Part shown: positions 1 to 8,667 of the stretch, in pieces
Numbering within the stretch: position 1 is the stretch's first letter
Layout: every line of letters begins with the position of its first letter
From: Trueperaceae bacterium
GTDB taxonomy: Bacteria; Deinococcota; Deinococci; Deinococcales; Trueperaceae
Length of the DNA: 64,000 bases
Direction of reading: 5' to 3'
NCBI GenBank assembly: GCA_965213925.1
Contig: OZ243927.1
Location: 2,112,001-2,176,000 of the forward strand
The notes under the pieces: model-generated
The model's input: the letters and a program-made list of their open reading frames with translations, nothing else
Databases searched by the model: none
Told to the model about the DNA's origin: nothing
Position numbers and translations under genes: made by a program

Positions 1-507
1 TTCTACACGGTGAGCGGCGAGAGCCTCGGCGCGGTGCGCCTCTTGGGAGCTGGCGTCGTTATGGGCGCGGGCGTTTCGGTAATGCACTATACGGGCATGG
101 CCGCGATGCGTATGCCCGCCGACATCTCCTACGACACCACGCTCTTCAGTGTCTCTATCGTGATCGCGGTCGTCGCCTCTATCGCCGCGATGATGCTCTT
201 CTACTACCTCAACTTAGAGGAGACCGAGGAGCGCTTCGGTCGCGGAACGGTTGACCTCGCCAAAGGAGCCGCCGCGCTTGTGATGGGCGTCGCGGTCTGC
301 GGGATGCACTACACGGGGATGTTCGCCGCGCAATACACGCCGACAGGTAACATGGCGATGGCCGCGCAGGGCATGGACCCCATGCTGCTCGCGGTTATCG
401 TGAGCGCGGTGACGTTCGTTATCGTCGGGGTGGCGCTCGTTACGACGATGGCGGGGCGCGGGTTGACGCTCGAGGACGAACTCGAGTACGCCGAAGAAGC
501 TCTCTAA
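1..507 (+). CDS. MHYT-domain integral membrane sensor protein (5' end lies before the window)
   Basis: Frame is open from base 1. Two MHYT motifs (VMHYTGMAA, GMHYTGMFA) sit among hydrophobic helices, and the protein ends in a short acidic tail with no output domain. Confidence 0.85.
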   Translation, partial: FYTVSGESLGAVRLLGAGVVMGAGVSVMHYTGMAAMRMPADISYDTTLFSVSIVIAVVASIAAMMLFYYLNLEETEERFGRGTVDLAKGAAALVMGVAVCGMHYTGMFAAQYTPTGNMAMAAQGMDPMLLAVIVSAVTFVIVGVALVTTMAGRGLTLEDELEYAEEAL

Positions 508-525
508 AGCTTTTTCTCGTCAAAG

Positions 526-565
526 AGAAGCCGGACTGAAACGCTCAGTCCGGCTTCTTGTTTTC
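526..565. terminator. Probable bidirectional intrinsic terminator between convergent genes
   Basis: Perfect 14-bp stem agaagccggactga/tcagtccggcttct with a 5-nt loop, followed by a T-rich run. Confidence 0.8.
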
Positions 566-567
566 GT

Positions 568-1497
568 TCACTGCTCTAGCAACCTCTCTATCTCGCGCGC
601 ACTCGGCAAGCTCGGCTGCGCGCCCTGCTTCGTCGCGGCGAGTGCGCCAGCGGCGTTGGCAAAATGGAGAGATTTTTCTAAGTTGTGACCCTCGGCTAAG
701 CGCACCGCGAGCGCCCCGCAGAAAGCGTCACCCGAAGCGGTCGTGTCCACGACCTCAACCTGATGTGCGTCCAAACGACCCTCACTCGCCCCGCTCGACC
801 AGACGACCCCTTGTGCGCCCAGCGTAATCACGACAGCGTCCACGCCGCGCTCCCTGAGCGCCTTCGCCGCCTCTCGTGCCGACGCTTCATCCGACACGCT
901 CATGTCACTTAAAAACGCCGCTTCCCCTTCGTTGAGAATCAGGTACGAGAGGTTAGCGGTGAGGTCATCAGGCAGGTCTTGAACGGGCGCGGCGTTGAGC
1001 ATCACCGCGACATCATTTGCCCTAGCTCGCACCGCAACCTCAGCGACGGTCTCTAAAGGAATCTCGAGCTGCATCAGTACGAGCGCCACGCCGTCAAAGA
1101 GGTCCTCAGAGATGTATTCGGGCGTCAGCTTGCCGTTCGCGCCAGGGCTCACGATGATGGTGTTTTCGCCCCCTTCATCCACCGCGATGAGCGCCACGCC
1201 GCTCGGTCCTGAAATCTGCTGGACCGCCCGAACGTCTACCTTTGCTTTGGCTAAGCTCTCTAGGAGCGTGCTGCCATAACTGTCCGCCCCTACGAGCCCG
1301 AGCATCACTGCGCCTTCACTCGCGTTTCCGCTCGCTTTCGCCGCAGCAACCGCCTGATTTGCCCCTTTGCCCCCTGGAAAAGTCTGCAAGTCGCCCCCCA
1401 AAACGGTGTCGCCCGGCTCGGGGTGGCGCGCGACGTTCACGACTAAGTCCATGTTGAGGCTACCGACCACTAAGACACGCCCACCAGAATTCGCCAT
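568..1497 (-). CDS. rbsK: Ribokinase (PfkB family)
   Basis: VVGSLNMDLV, GGKGANQAVAAA, LMQLEIP and VDTTASGDAF motifs. Start chosen at 1497 because TATAGT lies 6 nt upstream; the ORF track starts at 1527. Confidence 0.88.
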   Translation of the reverse strand: MANSGGRVLVVGSLNMDLVVNVARHPEPGDTVLGGDLQTFPGGKGANQAVAAAKASGNASEGAVMLGLVGADSYGSTLLESLAKAKVDVRAVQQISGPSGVALIAVDEGGENTIIVSPGANGKLTPEYISEDLFDGVALVLMQLEIPLETVAEVAVRARANDVAVMLNAAPVQDLPDDLTANLSYLILNEGEAAFLSDMSVSDEASAREAAKALRERGVDAVVITLGAQGVVWSSGASEGRLDAHQVEVVDTTASGDAFCGALAVRLAEGHNLEKSLHFANAAGALAATKQGAQPSLPSAREIERLLEQ

Positions 1498-1580
1498 AGG
1501 AGCACTATACGGGTTTAGCGTCATCAATTTGTAGAGGTTTAGCGGTTATTTGGAGCGTTTGTAAGCTACACTCGTTTGAC

Positions 1581-1991
1581 ATGTGGACGTTTCTCCTCTT
1601 CGTTCTGGCTAGTACCCTCGAGCACCTCACTCGCCCCTTCTTAGCCACGCTCACAGGGCGCACCTTTGCTTACCTCTTAAACGCGCGTCCTTTGACGCCT
1701 CACCTTTATGAGGTAGGCGCGCTCCCCGCGTTTGGCTTTAGAGCGACCGCGCAAACGTGGGGTGAGACGGTTCTAGTCGTGAGAGGCTATCAAACCCCGC
1801 GACTCTTGGCGCATGAAGCGGTGCACGTTGCGCAGTTTCGGCGCTACACGAGTTTGGGCTTTTGGCTTCTCTACCTCGGACAGTGGGTTTACGGTCTTTT
1901 CAGGACGCGGAGCCTGTACCGGGCGTACTTCGAGATGGGGCTCGAGCGAGAGGCGCGGCGCGAGAGCGTGCGCGCAGCTCGAGGTGAATAA
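1581..1991 (+). CDS. Small DUF4157-like protein with an HExxH metallopeptidase motif
   Basis: AQTWGETV...LLAHEAVHVAQF...YFEMGLEREA pattern; TACACT upstream of the ATG. Confidence 0.6.
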   Translation: MWTFLLFVLASTLEHLTRPFLATLTGRTFAYLLNARPLTPHLYEVGALPAFGFRATAQTWGETVLVVRGYQTPRLLAHEAVHVAQFRRYTSLGFWLLYLGQWVYGLFRTRSLYRAYFEMGLEREARRESVRAARGE

Positions 1992-2086
1992 CCTGTAGAT
2001 GTAGACCTCCTCCAAGGCGCGCCCTGTAAGCCCTCTTTCAGTTCGCGACCTCTTTCCCTCCTAGCATAGGCTCAGGAGGGGAAACT

Positions 2087-2863
2087 GTGAAAGACAAAGT
2101 TGCTTTTATCACAGGTGGCGGCTCCGGCATTGGCGCGGCCACCGCTAAACTGCTCGCGCGACAGGGTGCCAAAGTTGCCGTTTCGGGGCGGACGAAAGAG
2201 GACCTCGACGCGGTGGTTGGAGAGATCGAGGACGCGGGCGGCGAGGCTCTGGCTATAACTGCAGACATCGCTAACGTGGACGACCTCAAGGAGGCTTACG
2301 CGCAAGTAGTAGAGACCTACGGACACTTGGATATCGTCTTCGCTAACGCGGGCGTCAACGGGACGTGGGCCCCGATTGACGAATTGGAACCGGACGAGTT
2401 TCGCAAAACGGTGGATATCAACCTGAACGGCACGTTCTTTACGATCAAATACGCCGTGCCGCACCTTAAAGCGCGCGGCGGCTCCGTGGTCGTGACCTCG
2501 TCGGTCAACGGGACGCGCAACTTCGTGAACAGCGGCGCGACGGCCTACTCGAGCACCAAAGCCGCCCAGGTCGCTATGACGAAGATGCTCGCACTCGAAC
2601 TCGCCAAAGACCGCATCCGCGTCAACGTGATCTGTCCCGGCATGATCGACACCCAGATCGACGAGAATACCGACCGCGAAGACTTAGACCAGGCGGGCGA
2701 ACCCGTCGAGTACCCAGCGGGTAAAATACCTCTTACAGACGGCGAGCCGGGCTCCTCGGAGCAGGTCGCGCAGCTCGTAGCGTTTCTAGCCTCGGATGCG
2801 TCGAGCCTCATCACTGGAACTGAAGTGTGGATTGACGGAGGACAGTCGCTGTTGCAGGGGTAG
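2087..2863 (+). CDS. SDR family NAD(P)-dependent oxidoreductase
   Basis: TGGGSGIG, ANAG, YSSTK and IRVNVICPG motifs; AGGAGG SD before a GTG start. Confidence 0.92.
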   Translation: MKDKVAFITGGGSGIGAATAKLLARQGAKVAVSGRTKEDLDAVVGEIEDAGGEALAITADIANVDDLKEAYAQVVETYGHLDIVFANAGVNGTWAPIDELEPDEFRKTVDINLNGTFFTIKYAVPHLKARGGSVVVTSSVNGTRNFVNSGATAYSSTKAAQVAMTKMLALELAKDRIRVNVICPGMIDTQIDENTDREDLDQAGEPVEYPAGKIPLTDGEPGSSEQVAQLVAFLASDASSLITGTEVWIDGGQSLLQG

Positions 2864-2942
2864 CGAGTGCGCCTACATTTTGCGCCCGAACGCTATTATT
2901 TAGCGCGCGAGTGGGTAAGCTAGACCCTACCAGGAGGTAGCA

Positions 2943-3326
2943 ATGGCAAGCGAAATCGCAGAAAAATTTATGGACGGTCTGCAAACGATTGAGAAGGAGA
3001 ACCAGGTGGACGCCCTTGTCGAGCTGTTTAGTGACAAGGCGGAGCTGACGCGGCTGACGCACAAAACCTACGAGGGCAAGGACGAGGCGAAGAGGTTCTG
3101 GCAGGAGTATCTGGAGCCCTTCGATGAGGTCCACACCGAGTTCTTCAAAGTCACCGAGGATGACGAGACGGTGGTGCTCGAGTGGGAATCCAAGGGCAAG
3201 CTCGCTAACGGTCACGATATCGACTATCAGGGCGTCAGCTCGTTCGATACCGAAGGGGGCGAAGTGGTGCGCTTTCGGACCTACTACGACTCCGCTGCTT
3301 TTTTACCGGAGGGCGCGGAGCAGTAA
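2943..3326 (+). CDS. NTF2/SnoaL-like family protein
   Basis: 127 aa with LVELFSDKAEL...VVLEW...YQGVSSF...FRTYYD pattern; AGGAGG SD. Confidence 0.8.
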   Translation: MASEIAEKFMDGLQTIEKENQVDALVELFSDKAELTRLTHKTYEGKDEAKRFWQEYLEPFDEVHTEFFKVTEDDETVVLEWESKGKLANGHDIDYQGVSSFDTEGGEVVRFRTYYDSAAFLPEGAEQ

Positions 3327-3350
3327 GGTTTATAAATTCTAGTGAGTCAC

Positions 3351-3376
3351 GAGGGCAGGTTTAGAGCCTGCCCTTC
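3351..3376. terminator. Hairpin, possible terminator
   Basis: gagggcagg/cctgcccttc stem downstream of the NTF2 gene. Confidence 0.5.
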
Positions 3377-3380
3377 TACG

Positions 3381-3566
3381 TACACTGTCAGCTAAGTTTT
3401 GCGACACTGATGTCACCCTGAGCCGAAGGCGTAAGGGTCTCGTCTTTCAATCTCAATCAGGGGAGTCAGCAAGGTCAGAGATTCTTACGCTCCACTGCGT
3501 GGAGTCTATCCTATAGCTCGCTGTAGGGCTCAGAATGACATGTCTCATCTTTTAGTTGACAGTGTA
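3381..3566. mobile_element. MITE-like non-coding element, copy 1
   Basis: Terminal inverted repeats TACACTGTCAGCTAA/TTAGTTGACAGTGTA. The internal palindromic core is shared with 35275-35442. Confidence 0.75.
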
Positions 3567-3612
3567 CTTAATCATTTGCTCACACGCACAAACTGCGCCG
3601 TTGCGAGGCGCT

Positions 3613-4779
3613 CTAACGCAGAAACTCGAGCACGCCCTTCGCCAGCACCTCTACGGCGATAGGCAACGCATCCTCGTCCAGGTCGAACTTAGGGTGGTGA
3701 TGCGCGTAGTGTGCGCCTTTCGCTTCGTTTCTCGCGCCGACGAAGAAGTAGCAGCCCGGCGCGCGTTGGAGCCAGAGCGCCATGTCGTCGCCGCCCATGA
3801 TCGGCGGGGCGACGAGCACCTTGTCTCCGACAACCTCCGCCGCGACCTCTTTCAACCTCTCTGTCATCGCCTCATCGTTCACCACGGCGGGCGACTGGGT
3901 GATCCACTCTAGGCCCGCCGCGCCGCGCATACTGTGCGCTGTGTCCTCGCTAAAGCGCTGGATTCTGCCCTGCAAGAAGCGGCGCGTTTCGGGTAAAAAC
4001 GTGCGGAGCGTGCCCTTGATTTCGACATTTCCAGGAATGATGTTGTACGCGGTGCCGCCGTGAACCGAGGTCAAGCTGATGACGGCGTTATCGAGCGGGT
4101 CAGTCTCGCGCGAGACGAGGCTCTGCAAGCCCGTGATGAGGTGCGCAGCGATGAGCACGGGGTCCACGCTTTCGTGCGGACGCGCCGCGTGACCGCCCTT
4201 GCCGGAGACGACGAGCCGGAACGAATCGGTCGCCGCCATCGCAGGACCGCTGCGCACGGCGACCGTGCCGGTCGGGAACTGCGAGCTGAGGTGCAAACCG
4301 ATGCTGTGCTCCGGTTCGACGCCGCCTAGCGCCCCGTCCTCCAACATCGCCCTCGCGCCGCCGACGATCTCTTCGGCGGGCTGAAAGATAAAGACGACCT
4401 TGCCGGATTCGCGCTCGCTCAAAATTTTTGCCACGCTCAGCAGCACCGCCGCGTGCCCGTCGTGTCCGCAGGCGTGCATTTTGCCGTCTATATCTGAGCG
4501 GTACTCGGTCGTCTTTTCGTCGTGAATGGGTAGCGCGTCGATGTCAGCCCTGACTAACACGGTTTTACCCGGCTTGCCCGAATCCAAAACAGCGACGACG
4601 CCCGTTTTCCCGACCTCGCGCCGCACGTCGAGCCCGAGGCTTTCGAGCCGCTCGGCGATAACGCCGCTCGTCCTGACCTCTTCGAAGGCGATTTCGGGGT
4701 GCTTGTGAAAGTCGCGGCGCGTCCGAACCGTTTCCTCGCCCAGGGCTCTCGCGGCTTCTCGCAGCGAAGTGTCAATCAT
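3613..4779 (-). CDS. M20 family amidohydrolase
   Basis: RRDFHKHPEIAFEE, RADIDALP, MHACGHDGH, FQPAEE and HHPKFDLDE motifs. Confidence 0.93.
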   Translation of the reverse strand: MIDTSLREAARALGEETVRTRRDFHKHPEIAFEEVRTSGVIAERLESLGLDVRREVGKTGVVAVLDSGKPGKTVLVRADIDALPIHDEKTTEYRSDIDGKMHACGHDGHAAVLLSVAKILSERESGKVVFIFQPAEEIVGGARAMLEDGALGGVEPEHSIGLHLSSQFPTGTVAVRSGPAMAATDSFRLVVSGKGGHAARPHESVDPVLIAAHLITGLQSLVSRETDPLDNAVISLTSVHGGTAYNIIPGNVEIKGTLRTFLPETRRFLQGRIQRFSEDTAHSMRGAAGLEWITQSPAVVNDEAMTERLKEVAAEVVGDKVLVAPPIMGGDDMALWLQRAPGCYFFVGARNEAKGAHYAHHHPKFDLDEDALPIAVEVLAKGVLEFLR

Positions 4780-5257
4780 GAATTTCTCCTAACGTCAAGA
4801 CTATAGCGAATTCCGTTTCTGTAATGCGCATCACGCTGAGGCGGTTGCCGCGCTGGACGAGTTTCATCTCGGCGAGCGCGCTTTCCTCTTTGATCTCTCG
4901 GAGGGACACGAACCGCTTTAGCCGGTAAAGTCCTTTCACGTCTACCGCTGACCAGCGCGGCTCCTCTTCGGACGCCCTTTCGTCGTAGAAGTCGCTCGCC
5001 GCGTCGAACTGCGTCGGGTCGGGATACGCCGCGCGCACGACCTCCGCCACGCCGACCACACCGGGCGGCTTGCAGCTGGAGTGGTAAATCAGCGCCTTGT
5101 CGCCCGCGTTCATCTCGCGCAGAAAGTTCCGCGCCTGAAAGTTGCGCACGCCCTCCCACATCACGCCTTCTGACGCAGCGCGCTGCTCGGGCGCGTCTAA
5201 GAGGTCGCCGAAGCTGAACACGCCGGGTTCGGTTTTGAGGAGCCAGTAGGAAGACAC
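4772..5257 (-). CDS. EVE domain-containing protein
   Basis: YWLLKTEP, WEGVRNFQARNFL, YHSSC and RLSV motifs; TACAAT 6 nt before the GTG start. Confidence 0.92.
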   Translation of the reverse strand: MSSYWLLKTEPGVFSFGDLLDAPEQRAASEGVMWEGVRNFQARNFLREMNAGDKALIYHSSCKPPGVVGVAEVVRAAYPDPTQFDAASDFYDERASEEEPRWSAVDVKGLYRLKRFVSLREIKEESALAEMKLVQRGNRLSVMRITETEFAIVLTLGEIHD

Positions 5258-5308
5258 GAGGCGATTGTAACGCGCCGAGGTAGTGGCGTATCAGAAACAG
5301 AGGATATC

Positions 5309-5469
5309 AGGGCTTACGCATGTAGATTCGTGACGTCCTATTCGCGTTCGATATGTAGCTTTTTAAGGGACAGAATTCGGCTTTATACCCTCTTCGAGCG
5401 GATTCTGTTTTCGTTTCGAAAGGTTCACAGCGACTTCTTTCAAAGAATTGGCGTACATGCGTACGCCCT
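5309..5469. repeat. Inverted pair of REP-like palindromes (REPIN-like)
   Basis: agggcttacgcatgta (5309-5324) matches the reverse complement of tacatgcgtacgccct (5454-5469) at 15/16 positions. ggcgtac-atgc-gtacgcc is itself palindromic. Confidence 0.55.
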
Positions 5470-5579
5470 AGGATATTGAGAAAGAGAACTCTGAGAATTG
5501 CTTTGGATCAAGTATCTACGTTCTTTCCATCTTTATGCGGTTCTATACGGTGAGCACCTTTTTCTAACGTGCCACCTAC

Positions 5580-5607
5580 AGGGGCTGCTATTCGTAGTAG
5601 CCCCTAC
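5580..5607. terminator. Hairpin at the korB stop codon (terminator or REP-like)
   Basis: aggggctgcta-ttcg-tagtagcccct stem ending in CCCCTAC. Confidence 0.55.
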
Positions 5608-6641
5608 TGATAGCTCCGCATCAGCGCCGCGAGCGCCTCTTTGGACGGCCGCAATTGGTCTTCGGAAAGTGCTGTCAAGGGCGTCTCGGCTAACCCGCTC
5701 GCCTCAGCCAGAGACGGCCGCGAAGGGTCGTAATAGATCAGCCCGGTGATAAATTCCTGGGCTTCCTCGGCGCGCTGGAGTCTCGCCGTCGCCGCTGCAC
5801 GGTCAGTTGGGTCGTAGCCCTGCTCGAGCTTGCGCAGTTCGATCTTCGACCCGTCGTGCAGTTCGACGACCTTGAGTTCGCCGGGCTCATAATCGTCAAT
5901 GGCAATCTCCTCAGCAGTCGGGACGTAACCGATTTCTTGAAGGGCTTTTTCGTGTTTCAGGCCGTAGGGGTAGCTTTTGGGCGAGGTGGCGTCGTTGTTA
6001 AAGGCGACGCACGGGCTGATGATGTCCAGAACTGCCGTGCCCCGGTGCGAGAGAGCGGCTTTGAGCAGTTCGCGAACCTGTTTGGCGTCACCCGCGAAAC
6101 TCCGCGCGACAAACCCGCAGCCCGCCACGAGCGCCTCTAAGCACAAGTTGATGGGCGGCAAGTCGTTGTGTCCAGCGTATTTAAGCTCCAAGCCTTCATC
6201 GGCAGTGGCTGAAAACTGCCCCTTGGTGAGCCCGTACACGCCGTTATTCTCGACGATGTAAACCAGGCGCACGTTTCGCCTGACCAGGTGCTTGAATTGC
6301 CCCATGCCGATCGAGCCCGTGTCTCCGTCGCCCGACACCCCGATAGCGCGCAGGTGGTGGTTCGCCATAAGCGCCCCGGTGCCGACCGACGGCATCCGCC
6401 CGTGCAGCGCGTTGAAACCGTGCGAGCGTCCCAAAAAGTAGGCGGGGGACTTGCTCGAGCAGCCGATACCCGAGAGTTTGATGACGTCGTGAGGCTTCAG
6501 ATTAAGCTCAAAGGCCACCTGAATGATCTGGCTGGCGATCGAATTGTGCCCGCAACCCTTACACAGGGTTGAAGGGCGACCCCCGTAGTCACTTTTTGAA
6601 AGTCCGATGGCGTTCTCTTTGAGTGCTTGGGCTCTACTCAT
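5604..6641 (-). CDS. korB: 2-oxoacid:ferredoxin oxidoreductase beta subunit
   Basis: LCKGCGH, SGIGCSS, LHGR, GDGD (ThDP-binding), NNGVYGLTKGQFS and ISPCVAFN motifs. Substrate specificity cannot be assigned. Confidence 0.92.
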   Translation of the reverse strand: MSRAQALKENAIGLSKSDYGGRPSTLCKGCGHNSIASQIIQVAFELNLKPHDVIKLSGIGCSSKSPAYFLGRSHGFNALHGRMPSVGTGALMANHHLRAIGVSGDGDTGSIGMGQFKHLVRRNVRLVYIVENNGVYGLTKGQFSATADEGLELKYAGHNDLPPINLCLEALVAGCGFVARSFAGDAKQVRELLKAALSHRGTAVLDIISPCVAFNNDATSPKSYPYGLKHEKALQEIGYVPTAEEIAIDDYEPGELKVVELHDGSKIELRKLEQGYDPTDRAAATARLQRAEEAQEFITGLIYYDPSRPSLAEASGLAETPLTALSEDQLRPSKEALAALMRSYQ

Positions 6642-8463
6642 ATTTCGTTTCCTCCTGCTCGAGTCGCTCTACGATCCACTGCGCCGTGAACGGCATTCCG
6701 TCTAGGTGCGCGACCGAAACGAGCTTAGCCGCGAACTCAGGTCGTTCGGCTAATAAGATAGCGTGGAGCTGCCCGTCGCGGTTCATCTCGGTGACGTAGA
6801 CGCGCTTGTGGCGCGCGATAAAGTCCTTGACTTCGCGGCTTAGCGGCAACGCTCTAAGCCGCAGATAGCTGGTTTTAAGGCCGCTTTGCGACAAGAGGTC
6901 GCGCGCCTCGTCGATCGCGTGCTTAGTCGTGCCGTAAGCGAGGATGCCAACGTCGGCGTCCTCGACCTCGTCGATAACGGGTTTGGGGACGATGGTCCTT
7001 GCGGTCTGAAACTTGCGCGCCAGGCGTTCGGTGTTCGCGAGCCAGTCCTCGGGACGCTCGCTATAGAGCGCGTGTTCGTTATGTCCTGTGCCCCGCGTAA
7101 AGTAAGCCGAACCCGCGCTCGTGTTTCCAGGTAACGTGCGGTAGCCGATACCGTCACCGTCGAGGTCCAAGTAGCGCGAAAACCCCTGCGCTTCGACCTC
7201 CTTAGCGCAGAGCACCTTGCCGCGCTTCAGCGGCTCGCCCGGGTATTCGAAGGGTTGACCCATCCAGTTGTTCATGCCGAGGTCTAAGTCCGAGAGGACG
7301 AACACGGGCGTCTGCAGGGTTTCAGCCAGGTCGAACGAGCTGTAGCCGAACTCGAAACACTCCTCTATGGTGGCTGGAAAGAGCACGACGTTTTTGCTGT
7401 CGCCGTGGCCTAGGTAGTACACGAACGCCACGTCGCCCTGGCTGGTGCGCGTCGGCAGCCCGGTGGACGGACCGACCCGCTGGATGTCCCAGATCACCGC
7501 GGGAATCTCGGCGAAGTAGCCGAGCCCCGCAAATTCGCTCATCAGTGAGATTCCTGGTCCCGAGGTGGCCGTGAGCGCGCGCGCCCCGGCCCAGCCCGCG
7601 CCCAGCACCATGCCGATAGCGGCGAGTTCGTCCTCAGCCTGGATAACTGTGTAGGTCGGCTCGCCCTCATCGGTTTGGCGTAACCTGGGCAGAAAGTCGC
7701 GCAGGGCGTCGATAAAACTGGTCGAGGGCGTGATAGGGTACCACGCGCCCAGCGACACGCCGCCAAAAACCGCGCCGAGTGCGCCCGCCTCGTTGCCGGT
7801 CATGAGGATGAGCCCGTCCGTCTTACCTAACGGTTCGACCCGGAAGGGGTCGCGCTTCTCGAGGTTCTCTTCGGCCCAGGCGTGCGCGGTGCGCACCATC
7901 CTCATGTTCGAGTCGATGAGGCTTTGGCGTTTGCCGAAGTGAAACGAGAGCGCCTCTTCAACCGCGTCAAGGGGCACGTTCAGCAGGTGCGCGAGCGCGC
8001 CGACGTAAGTCATATTCGCGATGTAGTCTTTGAGCTTCCCTTTCATCCCGGTTTGAGAGACGAACTCGCCGACGGGCAGCGCGTAGGTGAAGAGGTCGTC
8101 GCGGCGGAGCCCCCCGCTGAAGCCTTCTTCATATATACACACGCCGCCCGGCGGAAGCCCGCGAACATCTTCGTCCAAGGTCAGCGGGTTAAAGGCGACC
8201 AAGAGTTCTGGAGGTTTGCGGGCCACGTAACCGTCGCGGCTCACCCGGATGTTGTACCAGGTGGGGAGTCCTTGGATGTTCGACGGAAAGATATTTTTGC
8301 CGTGAACCGGGATGCCCATCTTGAAAAACGCGCGTAGCAGCGTCAGGTTGGCGGTCTGACTGCCGGTGCCGTTGACCGTAGCGACGACGAGTGAGAAATC
8401 GTTGACGACGCTTTCACCTCGGACAGGGGTCCGAACGGGGGCGGGCTGGTTGGCGACCTCCAT
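6634..8463 (-). CDS. korA: 2-oxoacid:acceptor oxidoreductase alpha subunit (gamma-alpha fusion)
   Basis: YPITPS, QAEDELAAIG, ATSGPGISLMSE and QRVGPSTGLPT motifs; overlaps korB; GGGAGG SD. Confidence 0.92.
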   Translation of the reverse strand: MEVANQPAPVRTPVRGESVVNDFSLVVATVNGTGSQTANLTLLRAFFKMGIPVHGKNIFPSNIQGLPTWYNIRVSRDGYVARKPPELLVAFNPLTLDEDVRGLPPGGVCIYEEGFSGGLRRDDLFTYALPVGEFVSQTGMKGKLKDYIANMTYVGALAHLLNVPLDAVEEALSFHFGKRQSLIDSNMRMVRTAHAWAEENLEKRDPFRVEPLGKTDGLILMTGNEAGALGAVFGGVSLGAWYPITPSTSFIDALRDFLPRLRQTDEGEPTYTVIQAEDELAAIGMVLGAGWAGARALTATSGPGISLMSEFAGLGYFAEIPAVIWDIQRVGPSTGLPTRTSQGDVAFVYYLGHGDSKNVVLFPATIEECFEFGYSSFDLAETLQTPVFVLSDLDLGMNNWMGQPFEYPGEPLKRGKVLCAKEVEAQGFSRYLDLDGDGIGYRTLPGNTSAGSAYFTRGTGHNEHALYSERPEDWLANTERLARKFQTARTIVPKPVIDEVEDADVGILAYGTTKHAIDEARDLLSQSGLKTSYLRLRALPLSREVKDFIARHKRVYVTEMNRDGQLHAILLAERPEFAAKLVSVAHLDGMPFTAQWIVERLEQEETKYE

Positions 8464-8667
8464 AAACTAAACCTCCCTACTCACAGGTCGGAACGTCAAC
8501 CTATAAGTCCTTGCGATATTCGGTAAACGTATGGACTTTAGTTTAGCTCAGATGGAGCAAAGAGGTTTCATGATGCTGGGTTCGCGCGCGTCCACCTGGG
8601 TCGCGAGCACCCGGGCGTCCCAGCCACCGAAAGAACGCAGTTCGCTACTGGCGTAGGATACCCGCTA

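Noticed and set aside
1581..1991. DUF4157-like gene as a marker of an eCIS or toxin locus
   Set aside because: No sheath, tube, baseplate or immunity-like genes nearby.
5498..5749. Short ORFs over intergenic repeats (5498-5749, 3556-3912, 30207-30407, 29193-29483)
   Set aside because: They overlap real genes, tRNAs or repeat elements and show no protein-like signal.
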